From an uncultured Thermomonas sp. (GTDB lineage: Bacteria > Pseudomonadota > Gammaproteobacteria > Xanthomonadales > Xanthomonadaceae), in assembly GCA_965649855.1 (NCBI GenBank), contig CBFGMM010000001.1, forward strand, positions 27,600-91,599: a DNA stretch of 64,000 nucleotides. Reading direction: 5' to 3'. The translations under genes were made by a program, and so were the position numbers. The notes under the pieces were generated by a model. The model saw only the letters and a list, made by a program, of their open reading frames with translations, was not told where the DNA came from and did not search any database. Below are positions 10,988-19,022 of this stretch, one piece after another (position 1 is the first letter of the stretch; each line of letters opens with the position of its first letter).

Positions 10988-12326
10988 AACCCGCGAGATC
11001 ACCATCGTCGGCGGCGGACTGGCCGGCGCCCTGCTGGCCATCCTGCTGGCCCGGCGCGGCTGGTCGGTGGACGTGTACGAGCGCCGCGGCGACCCGCGCC
11101 TGCACGGCTACGCCGGCGGCCGCTCGATCAACCTGGCGCTGGCGGAGCGCGGGCTGCACGCGCTGCGCCAGGCCGGCGCCGACGCCGAGGTCATGAAGCA
11201 GGCGGTGATGATGCGCGGCCGCTACGTGCACCCGCTGCACGGGCAGCCCGGCCTGCAGCGCTACGGCCGCGACGACTCCGAGGTGATCTGGTCGATCAAC
11301 CGCGGCGAGCTCAACATCGTGCTGCTGGACATCGCCGAATCGCACGGCGCGCGCCTGCACTTCGACCAGCGCCTGGTGCGCGTGGACTTCGCGGCCGGCA
11401 CCGCCACCTTCGCCGGCAACGGCAGCGAACGCACCCTGCCCTTCCGTGCGCTGGTCGGCGCGGACGGCGCCGGCTCCACCCTGCGCGGGGAGATCGCCAG
11501 GGTGCTTCCGCTGGGCGAGCGCACGGAGTGGCTTGACCATGGCTACAAGGAGCTGGAAATCCCGCCCGCGGCCAATGGCGATTTCCGGATCGAGCCGAAT
11601 GCGCTGCACATCTGGCCGCGTGGCCACTACATGTGCATCGCGCTGCCCAACGACGAGCGCACCTTCACCGTGACCCTGTTCATGCCGCACGCGGGGCCGT
11701 ACCCGAGCTTCGAGCGGGTGCAGGACGGCGAGGATGCCCAGGCCCTGTTCGAGCGCGACTTCCCCGATGCACTGCCGCTGATCCCGGACCTGCGCCGCGA
11801 CTACGAGGCCAATCCGGTGGGCATGCTGGGCACGCTCTACCTGGACCGCTGGCACCTGGACGGGCGCGCGGTGCTGATCGGCGACGCCGCCCACGCCATG
11901 GTGCCGTTCCACGGCCAGGGCATGAACTGCGCGTTCGAGGACTGCGTGGCGCTGGCCGACCAGCTGGAAGCGCACCCCGCGCTGGCGGACGCATTCGCGG
12001 CGTTCCAGGCCGAGCGCAAGCCGAACGCCGAGGCGATCCAGCGGATGGCGCTGGAGAACTACATCGAGATGCGCGACAAGGTGGACGATGCCGCCTACCT
12101 GCTGCAGCGGCAGCTGGAACTGGCATTGCAGGCCCGCCATCCGGGGCGCTTCGTCCCCCACTACGCGATGGTCAGCTTCATGCGCATCCCCTACGCGGTG
12201 GCGCTGCACCGCAGCGAGGTCCAGGGCGGGTTGCTTGCGGACGCGACGCGCGGAGTGGATTCCCTCGACGACATCAACTGGGCGGCGCTGGACGCCGCGG
12301 TGGAGGCGACGCTTCCCCCGCTGTGA
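10977..12326 (+). CDS. kmo: kynurenine 3-monooxygenase (FAD)
   Basis: MPAETREITIVGGGLAGALLAILLARRG (FAD GxGxxG), RSINLAL, GDAAHAMVPFHGQGMNCAFED. The start overlaps kynU by 11 nt. Confidence 0.9.
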   Translation: MPAETREITIVGGGLAGALLAILLARRGWSVDVYERRGDPRLHGYAGGRSINLALAERGLHALRQAGADAEVMKQAVMMRGRYVHPLHGQPGLQRYGRDDSEVIWSINRGELNIVLLDIAESHGARLHFDQRLVRVDFAAGTATFAGNGSERTLPFRALVGADGAGSTLRGEIARVLPLGERTEWLDHGYKELEIPPAANGDFRIEPNALHIWPRGHYMCIALPNDERTFTVTLFMPHAGPYPSFERVQDGEDAQALFERDFPDALPLIPDLRRDYEANPVGMLGTLYLDRWHLDGRAVLIGDAAHAMVPFHGQGMNCAFEDCVALADQLEAHPALADAFAAFQAERKPNAEAIQRMALENYIEMRDKVDDAAYLLQRQLELALQARHPGRFVPHYAMVSFMRIPYAVALHRSEVQGGLLADATRGVDSLDDINWAALDAAVEATLPPL

Positions 12327-12387
12327 GGATGGAATGCGGGCGATGGCGGGAGCGTCGGGTGTCTCGTGGAGCCGCATTTAAATCGGC

Positions 12388-12422
12388 GTAGCCCGGCCAA
12401 CCGGCCTGCATGCCGGCCGGCG
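12388..12422. repeat. possible single REP-like element (GTAG followed by GC-rich self-complementary CCGGCC/GCCGGCCGGC segments)
   Basis: GTAGCCCGGCCAACCGGCCTGCATGCCGGCCGGCG lies in the kmo-sbcB spacer. Only one copy occurs in the window. Confidence 0.2.
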
Positions 12423-12502
12423 TTCACGGGCTTGCGGCGACACCGCTCGAATGCTTCCTCGTTCAGCGGCGGCAGGCGCCATCGCAGGCGAGAAACCGCT
12501 CC

Positions 12503-12508
12503 TACAAT
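12503..12508 (+). promoter_or_regulatory. -10 element TACAAT located 6 nt upstream of the sbcB ATG (predicted leaderless start)
   Basis: The sequence reads ctccTACAATgcgcccATG, with no SD. Confidence 0.45.
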
Positions 12509-12514
12509 GCGCCC

Positions 12515-13960
12515 ATGACCCCCAGCTTCCTGTTCTACGACCTCGAGACCTACGGCAGCGACCCGCGCCGCACCCGCATCGCGCAGTTCGCCGCCATCCG
12601 CACCCACGCGGCGCTGGAGCAGGTCGAGGAGCCGGTCAGCTTCTTCGTGCAGCCGGCCGACGACCTGCTGCCCTCGCCCGGGGCCACCCTGGTCACCGGC
12701 ATCGCGCCGCAGGACGCGTTGCGCGACGGGATCAACGAGGCCGCCGCGTTCGCCCGCATCGTCGAGGAGCTGGGACGGCCCGGGACCTGCGGCGTGGGCT
12801 ACAACTCGCTGCGCTTCGACGACGAGTTCGTGCGCCACGGCCTGTACCGCAATTTCCACGACCCCTACGAACGCGAGTGGCGCGGCGGCAACTCGCGCTG
12901 GGACCTGCTGGATGCGTTGCGGCTGATGCATGCGCTGCGCCCCGACGGGATCCGCTGGCGAGCGCGGGAGGATGGCGGCGGCACCAGCTTCCGGCTGGAG
13001 CACCTGGCCGAGGACAACGGCCTGCGGGTCGGCGACGCGCACGAGGCATTGAGCGACGTGCGCGCCACCATCGGCCTGGCGCGCCTGTTCCGCGCGGCGC
13101 AGCCCAGGCTGTGGGACTACGCGCTGGCCCTGCGCGACAAGCGGCACGCGGCCTCGCTGCTGGACGTGGCGGCGATGACCCCGGTGCTGCACATCTCGCA
13201 GCGTTTTCCCGCGTCGCGCCTGTGCGCGGCGCCGGTGGTGCCGTTGGCGCGGCACCCGCAGATCGAGTCGCGGGTGATCGTGCTGGACCTGGCGGAGGAA
13301 CCGGATGCGCTGCTCGACCTCGATGCCGAGGCGATCGCCGCGCGCCTGTACGCCCGCCAGGCGGACCTGCCGGAGGGGGTCGCGCGCATCCCGCTGAAGG
13401 AAGTCCACGTCAACAAGTGCCCGGCGCTGGTGCCGTGGGCGCACCTGCGCGAAGGCGACTTCGCGCGCCTCGGCATCGACGCGGAACGCGTGCTGCAGCG
13501 CGCGGCGCGGCTGCGCGCGCAGGGCCCGGCGCTCGCCGAGAAGGTCCGCCGCGTGTTCGCCCGCCCCGGCCCGCAGGGGCCGGTGGACGTGGATGCCGCG
13601 CTGTACGACGGCTTCGTCGGCGATGGCGACAAGCGGCTGCTGGCGCAGGTGCGCGGCACCCCGCCGCACCTGCTTGCCAAGGCGCAGTACCCGTTCCGCG
13701 ACGCGCGCCTGCCGGAACTCCTGTTCCGCTACCGGGCGCGGAACTGGCCGGAGAGCCTGCTGCCGGGCGAGCGCGAGCGCTGGAACGCCTATCGCCGGCA
13801 CCGGCTGCACGGGGACGGCGGCCTGTCGGAATGCAGCTTCGCCCAGTTCCGAGGCGAGATCGACCGGCTGCGCGGCGAGCATGCCGGCGACGCGCGCCGG
13901 CTGGCGCTGCTGGACCGGCTGCAGGCCTGGGGCGACGACCTCGACGCGGGCCTGCGTTGA
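12515..13960 (+). CDS. sbcB: exodeoxyribonuclease I
   Basis: MTPSFLFYDLETYGSDPRRTRIAQFAAIRT (DnaQ-like Exo I motif), GYNSLRFDDEF, HEALSDV. 481 aa. The longer track ORF start (12410) has no support. Confidence 0.9.
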   Translation: MTPSFLFYDLETYGSDPRRTRIAQFAAIRTHAALEQVEEPVSFFVQPADDLLPSPGATLVTGIAPQDALRDGINEAAAFARIVEELGRPGTCGVGYNSLRFDDEFVRHGLYRNFHDPYEREWRGGNSRWDLLDALRLMHALRPDGIRWRAREDGGGTSFRLEHLAEDNGLRVGDAHEALSDVRATIGLARLFRAAQPRLWDYALALRDKRHAASLLDVAAMTPVLHISQRFPASRLCAAPVVPLARHPQIESRVIVLDLAEEPDALLDLDAEAIAARLYARQADLPEGVARIPLKEVHVNKCPALVPWAHLREGDFARLGIDAERVLQRAARLRAQGPALAEKVRRVFARPGPQGPVDVDAALYDGFVGDGDKRLLAQVRGTPPHLLAKAQYPFRDARLPELLFRYRARNWPESLLPGERERWNAYRRHRLHGDGGLSECSFAQFRGEIDRLRGEHAGDARRLALLDRLQAWGDDLDAGLR

Positions 13961-13967
13961 GCCTGGC

Positions 13968-13973
13968 TACACT
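13968..13973 (+). promoter_or_regulatory. -10-like TACACT located 6 nt upstream of the ATG (predicted leaderless start)
   Basis: The sequence reads ctggcTACACTcgcggcATG. Confidence 0.4.
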
Positions 13974-13979
13974 CGCGGC

Positions 13980-14552
13980 ATGAACGCCAATGCACCGCTT
14001 GCCCGCAAGCACCTGCGCCTGGCCATCGCCCTGCTGGCCGCCCTGTCCGCCGTGCTGGTGGCCTACGTGGCGGCCGGCCCGTACCTCGCCATCAACGGCA
14101 TCCGCAAGGCCCTGCAGGCCCAGGACGTGGCCGCGCTGCAGCGGCACGTGGATTTCCCCGCATTGCGGGTGAACATGAAGGCGCAGGTGGAGGACCACGT
14201 TGCGCGCCGCGGGGGCGGGCTGGCCGAATCCGGCGGCCTGCTGGGCGCCATCGGCCTGCGCGCCGGCGAGGCGCTGGGCGGGCTCGCGGTCGACACCCTG
14301 GTCACGCCGCTGGGGATCGGCGCGCTGCTGCAGGGCCGCAGCCTGTGGATGCGCGCCAGCGGCCGCACCGTGGACGGCGACACCTATGGCGCGCCGCAGC
14401 CGGTGGACCCGCTGGCCCAGGCGCGCCTGCGCTACGAGAGCACGTCGCGCTTCACCGCCACCGTGCCGGATCCGCGCGGCGACATGGTGGTCGTGCTGCA
14501 GCGCCAGGGGCTGCGCTGGCGCCTGACCGACGTCCGCCTGCCGCCGCCCTGA
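13980..14552 (+). CDS. membrane-anchored hypothetical protein, DUF2939-like
   Basis: 190 aa with an N-terminal TM (LAIALLAALSAVLVAYVAAGP) followed by INGIRKALQAQDVAALQRHVDFPALR. The family assignment is from memory only. Confidence 0.55.
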   Translation: MNANAPLARKHLRLAIALLAALSAVLVAYVAAGPYLAINGIRKALQAQDVAALQRHVDFPALRVNMKAQVEDHVARRGGGLAESGGLLGAIGLRAGEALGGLAVDTLVTPLGIGALLQGRSLWMRASGRTVDGDTYGAPQPVDPLAQARLRYESTSRFTATVPDPRGDMVVVLQRQGLRWRLTDVRLPPP

Positions 14553-14558
14553 AGCCGC

Positions 14559-15464
14559 TCAGGCGTCGTTCGCCACGCCGTGCGGCACGTGCCCGGCGGC
14601 CACGTGGCGGCGCGCGGAATCGATGTTGTGCGGCGAGTCGTCGAAGAAGATGTCGGCCCCGAACGCCTGCAGGAACGGGCCTTTCTCGCGCCCGCCAAGG
14701 AACAGCGCCTCGTCCAGGCGCACGTCCCACTCGCGCAGGGTGCGGATCACCCGCTCGTGCGCCGGCGCGGAGCGCGCGGTGACCAGCGCGGTGCGGATGG
14801 GGGCCGCCTCGCCCGGCGGAAACGCGGCCTGCAGGTCGTGCAGCGCCGACAGGAAGCCGCGGAACGGGCCGCCCGACAGCGCTTCCCGCGCGCGCTCGTG
14901 CTCGTGCCGGCCGAACGCCTCCACCCCGTGCTCGCGGGAGACCCGTTCGCTTTCGTCGCCGAAGATCACCGCGTCGCCGTCGAAGGCGATCCGCAGCTGG
15001 TCGTGCGCCGACTCCGGCGCCAGCGCGGGCAGGATCGTGGCCGCGGCGATCCCGGCCTCCAGCGCCCGGCGCACGGATTCCGGGTTGGCCGAGAGGAACA
15101 GCTGCGCGCCGAACGGGCGGATGTAGGGCCACACCGGCGCGCCGGAGGTGAACGTCGCGCGGCGGATGTCCAGCCCGTGGCGCTGGATCGAGTTGAACAC
15201 CCGCAGCCCCGTGTCCGAGGAATTGCGCGAGAGCAGGATCACCTCCACCCGCGGCGCCTCGGCGGACACGCCGCGGTTGAGCGCCAGCAGCTTGCGCACC
15301 AGCGGGAACGCGATCCCGGGCTCCAGCACGTCGTCCTCGCGCTGGCGCTGGTGCTCGGCGTAGGCCTGCAGGCCGTGCGCCTCGAACAGTCCGTGGCTGT
15401 CCTCCATGTGGAACAGCGCGCGGGCGGTGATGGCGACGACCAGGGGCGGAGGGGCTGCACTCAT
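14559..15464 (-). CDS. 5'-nucleotidase (Pseudomonas/Legionella-type, PF06189-like)
   Basis: MSAAPPPLVVAITARALFHMEDSHGLFEAHG...LSRNSSDTGLRVFNSI...FLGGREKGPFL...FFDDSPHN. The start is set at the ATG at 15464, not the track start at 15563. Confidence 0.7.
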   Translation of the reverse strand: MSAAPPPLVVAITARALFHMEDSHGLFEAHGLQAYAEHQRQREDDVLEPGIAFPLVRKLLALNRGVSAEAPRVEVILLSRNSSDTGLRVFNSIQRHGLDIRRATFTSGAPVWPYIRPFGAQLFLSANPESVRRALEAGIAAATILPALAPESAHDQLRIAFDGDAVIFGDESERVSREHGVEAFGRHEHERAREALSGGPFRGFLSALHDLQAAFPPGEAAPIRTALVTARSAPAHERVIRTLREWDVRLDEALFLGGREKGPFLQAFGADIFFDDSPHNIDSARRHVAAGHVPHGVANDA

Positions 15465-15470
15465 GCGTGG

Positions 15471-15476
15471 ATTGTC
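15471..15476 (-). promoter_or_regulatory. -10-like GACAAT located 6 nt upstream of the ATG (predicted leaderless start)
   Basis: The reverse strand reads cgtcGACAATccacgcATG. Confidence 0.4.
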
Positions 15477-15513
15477 GACGATCCGCGTCGCAGGCGGCGC
15501 GACGCGCCGTGGC

Positions 15514-18150
15514 TCAGCCGGGGCTGCGCTGGAACACGACCCGCTCCGGGGAGTGGATGGCATAGCCCTGCGCGTAATCGACGCCCATGGCGCGCAACAG
15601 TTCCACCATGTCGGGACTGGAGACCCATTCGGCCACGACCTGCAGGCCCTGCTGGTGGCCGATCTCGGTGACCGCCCGCACGATGGACTGCGACATCCGG
15701 TCGGTCGCCAGCTCCTGCACGAAGCTGCCGTCCACCTTGACCATGTCCAGCTCCAGGTTCTTCATGTAGCCGAACGAGGACATCCCGGCGCCGAAGTCGT
15801 CCAGCGCCACGCGGCAGCCCAGGTGGCGCAGGCGCGCGATCAGCGCGCTGGACGCGGCGAAATCCCGCATCGCCACGGTCTCGGTGATCTCGAACATCAG
15901 GCGCGCCGGGTCCACCCCGCACTCGCGGACCATGTCCTCGATGAAGTCGACCAGGCCCGAATCCTCCAGGCTGGCGCTGGACAGGTTGATCGCGCAGGTC
16001 TCCAGCCCGGCGCCGCTGGGATGCAGCCGGTCGATGTTGCGGATCGCGGTCTCCACCACCCAGCGGTCGATGACCGGCATCAGGCCATAGCGTTCGGCGG
16101 CGGGCAGGAAGGCGCCCGGCATCACCTCGCGCCCGTCCTCCGCCCGCAACCGCAGCAACAGCTCCGCGTGCGGGCGCTGCGCGACGCCCGCCTGGATCGC
16201 GCGCAGCTCCTGGAAATCGAGCAGCAGCCTGCCGTCGCGGATCGCCTGGCGCAGGCGGCTGGCCCATTCCATCTCGCCCAGCCGGGTGGCGACCGAGGCA
16301 TCGTCCTCCGAATAGAAATGCACCCGGTTGCGGCCGCCTTCCTTGGCCAGGTAGCAGGCGGCGTCCGCGCGCGCGAACAGTTCCTTGATCGAGCCGGTGT
16401 CCTCCAGCATCACCGCGCCGATGCTGGCGCTGGTGTTGTAGATGCGCTGCTCCCAGCTGAAGCTGTAGCCCTCCACGCTGCGGCGCAGGCGCTCGGCCGC
16501 GTGGCTCGCGCCCTCGGTGGTGCGAAGCCCGCGCAGCAGCACGCCGAATTCGTCGCCGCCCAGGCGGCCGATGATGTCGTCGGGGCGCAGCCGCTCGCGC
16601 ATCAGCGCGGCCAGCTGCACCAGCAGTTCGTCGCCGGCGCGATGGCCGGAGGTGTCGTTGATCAGCTTGAACTGGTCCAGGTCCACGAACAGCAGGGCCC
16701 CGCCGTGCTCGCCCCGTTCCCCCAGCTGCGCGGCGACCTGCGCCTCGAATTCGCGCCGGTTCAGCAGCCGCGTCAGCGAATCGTGGCTGGCCTGGTAGCT
16801 GAGCCGTTCGGTCAGCCGCCGTTGCTCGGACACGTCGCTGGCCACGATCAGCCACATCGGCACCTCGTCGATGTCGATCGGCGAGACGTAGACGCTGGCC
16901 CAGAACGCATCCCCGTAGCGCGGCCGCATCTGCAGGTCGCCGCTGTGCACGCCGGGGGCGCTGGGTCCCACCAGGTGCTGCCACGCCCCGTGGTTGAAAT
17001 ACTCCTCCAGCCCGCGCCGACCGGGCTGGTCGCCCAGCCGGTTGCGCGCCGCGGCGTTCAGGTACACCAGCTCGCCGTCGCCGCGCCGCGCCACCAGGAC
17101 CAGCGAGGGCAGCAGTTCGGTCAGCTTGCGGAAGCGCTCCTCGCTGGCGCGGGCGCGCTCGCTCATGGCCTTGCCCAGCGCCACCGCGCGCTGGCGCGTG
17201 CTGACCAGCGACCACACCAGCGCGGCCAGGAACAGGCTGGCCAGGCTGCCCAGCCAGAACGTGCGCGCCCACCACGGCCCGGTCGCGACCAGCGGGCTGC
17301 CCGCCACGTTCACGCTCCACACGCGGCCGCCGAAGCGGATCGCCTCCTGCCTGCGCAGTCCCTCCTGCGCACCCGCGATGCGATGGGCGTGCAGCAGGCG
17401 CGGCACGCCATCGGTGACATCGTGGATCTCGACGCTGGCGATCAGGCCGCCGTTCGCGGGCATGACGCCGCCGATCAGGTCGCGCAGGCGGAACGAGGCG
17501 CCCAGCGAGCCGATCAGCAGCCGCCTGCGCTCCTCGACCGTGCGCGGGTTCGATCCGGAGTCGTAGACCGGCAGGCGCAGGATGAAGCCGTCCACGGCGG
17601 GGCCGGCGGTGCCGCTCTGCATCAGCTTGAACGGTGCCGACATGTGCACCTGGTTGGAATCCCGCGAGACCTGCAGGGCCGCCATGTTGCTGGCCTGGCG
17701 CGCCACGTCCAGGCCGCGGATCGCCTCGTTGCCGGCGACCGGGGCGAACAGGTTGGTGAGGTAGCGCTCCCCGGACCCGTCGCGGACCCGCTCGGCGTAG
17801 GCAAGCGCCTGCAGGTTGATCCGCGCGCGATCGCTGGTGAGGTTGTCGTAGACCCGGACGAACTCTTCCTGGGTCACCAATTCCGAGGCGATGAATACCG
17901 ACTGGAAGGTGCGGATCAGCCGCTCGCTGTCGGCCAGCTGGCTGGCCAGCGCGGCGCCGATGTCCGCCGCGGCTTCGTCGAACAGGCGCTGGTGCTCGCC
18001 CTGCGCACGCGCCTGCTCGCCGCGTTCCAGCTGCAGCGAGACGGCCATGCCCAGCGCCAGCGCGGCCAGCGCGGCCAGCCACGGCGTCAGCCTGACCAGC
18101 GCGGTCCCCGGCGGGGCCGCCTTGTCCACGTCGACGCGTTCGAACGGCAT
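15514..18150 (-). CDS. CHASE-TM-PAS-GGDEF-EAL signalling protein (c-di-GMP cyclase/phosphodiesterase)
   Basis: 878 aa. It has an N-terminal TM and a roughly 250 aa periplasmic CHASE-like region, then a second TM (FWLGSLASLFLAALVWSLV). These are followed by RLGGDEFGVLL (GGDEF) and an EAL domain (AELLLRL..., DDFGAGMSS, VKVDGSF, AEWVSS). Confidence 0.88.
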   Translation of the reverse strand: MPFERVDVDKAAPPGTALVRLTPWLAALAALALGMAVSLQLERGEQARAQGEHQRLFDEAAADIGAALASQLADSERLIRTFQSVFIASELVTQEEFVRVYDNLTSDRARINLQALAYAERVRDGSGERYLTNLFAPVAGNEAIRGLDVARQASNMAALQVSRDSNQVHMSAPFKLMQSGTAGPAVDGFILRLPVYDSGSNPRTVEERRRLLIGSLGASFRLRDLIGGVMPANGGLIASVEIHDVTDGVPRLLHAHRIAGAQEGLRRQEAIRFGGRVWSVNVAGSPLVATGPWWARTFWLGSLASLFLAALVWSLVSTRQRAVALGKAMSERARASEERFRKLTELLPSLVLVARRGDGELVYLNAAARNRLGDQPGRRGLEEYFNHGAWQHLVGPSAPGVHSGDLQMRPRYGDAFWASVYVSPIDIDEVPMWLIVASDVSEQRRLTERLSYQASHDSLTRLLNRREFEAQVAAQLGERGEHGGALLFVDLDQFKLINDTSGHRAGDELLVQLAALMRERLRPDDIIGRLGGDEFGVLLRGLRTTEGASHAAERLRRSVEGYSFSWEQRIYNTSASIGAVMLEDTGSIKELFARADAACYLAKEGGRNRVHFYSEDDASVATRLGEMEWASRLRQAIRDGRLLLDFQELRAIQAGVAQRPHAELLLRLRAEDGREVMPGAFLPAAERYGLMPVIDRWVVETAIRNIDRLHPSGAGLETCAINLSSASLEDSGLVDFIEDMVRECGVDPARLMFEITETVAMRDFAASSALIARLRHLGCRVALDDFGAGMSSFGYMKNLELDMVKVDGSFVQELATDRMSQSIVRAVTEIGHQQGLQVVAEWVSSPDMVELLRAMGVDYAQGYAIHSPERVVFQRSPG

Positions 18151-18164
18151 CCTGCCTCCCTGGC

Positions 18165-18935
18165 TCAGGCCGTGAATTGCTCGATCAGGATGCGTTCCTC
18201 GAGATTGTGCTCGGGATCGAACAGCAGGGTCACGCTGCGGTCGCGCGACTCGCGCACCACCACTTCCGTGACGTCGCGCACCTCATGCGAATCGGCGGTG
18301 GCGCTCACCGGGCGCTTGTGCGGATCGGTGACCCGGAACCGCACCTCGGTCCCCGACTTGAGCACCGCGCCGCGCCAGCGCCGCGGCCGGAACGGCGCGA
18401 TCGGCGTGAGCGCCATCACGTTCGCCCCCAGCGGCAGGATCGGGCCGTTGGCCGAGAAGTTGTAGGCGGTGCTGCCCGCCGGCGTGGCGACCATCACCCC
18501 GTCGCAGATCAGTTCGTCCAGGCGCGCCTGCCCGTTGAGCTCGATGGACACGTGCGCCGCCTGCCGCGTCTGCCGCAGCAGCGAGACCTCGTTGTAGGCC
18601 AGCGAGCCCACGCTGGCGCCGGATTCGGTCATCGCCAGCATCTCCAGCGGGTGCAGCACCGCGGGCTCGGCCAGCGCGATGCGCTCCAGCAGCTCCGCCG
18701 CGCCGCGCGCCTGGTTCATCAGGAAGCCCACGCTGCCCAGCTTCATGCCGTACACCGGCTTGCCCAGCCCGCCGTGCCGGTGCAGGGTCTGCAGCATGAA
18801 GCCGTCGCCGCCCAGCGCGACCAGCACGTCGGCCTCGGCGGGCGGCGTATCCCCATGCACCCGCGCCAGCTCCCGCAACGCCTCCTGCGCCTGCGGGGCG
18901 GGGCTGGCCAGCACGGCGATGCGCGGCGTGTTCAT
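18165..18935 (-). CDS. nadK: NAD+ kinase
   Basis: 256 aa with [12 protein letters not shown] (GGDG motif), [16 protein letters not shown]. It ends 14 nt before the next gene. Confidence 0.9.
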   Translation of the reverse strand: MNTPRIAVLASPAPQAQEALRELARVHGDTPPAEADVLVALGGDGFMLQTLHRHGGLGKPVYGMKLGSVGFLMNQARGAAELLERIALAEPAVLHPLEMLAMTESGASVGSLAYNEVSLLRQTRQAAHVSIELNGQARLDELICDGVMVATPAGSTAYNFSANGPILPLGANVMALTPIAPFRPRRWRGAVLKSGTEVRFRVTDPHKRPVSATADSHEVRDVTEVVVRESRDRSVTLLFDPEHNLEERILIEQFTA

Positions 18936-18941
18936 GCCCCG

Positions 18942-18950
18942 AGAATAGCA
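18942..18950 (-). promoter_or_regulatory. extended -10 (TGcTATTCT) located 6 nt upstream of the nadK ATG (predicted leaderless start)
   Basis: The reverse strand reads tcTTGCTATTCTcggggcATG. Confidence 0.45.
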
Positions 18951-19022
18951 AGACGCGTGCCGTGCGACGCCCGCCCGGCGCGGCGCCGGCCCGGAGCCGA
19001 TGCCACGCCCGGGCGGTCCCGC

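Noticed and set aside
15406-18465. A 1019-aa plus-strand ORF opposite the CHASE-GGDEF-EAL gene and nadK.
   Set aside because: It is an antisense shadow ORF in GC-rich DNA. The minus-strand reading carries the GGDEF and EAL motifs.
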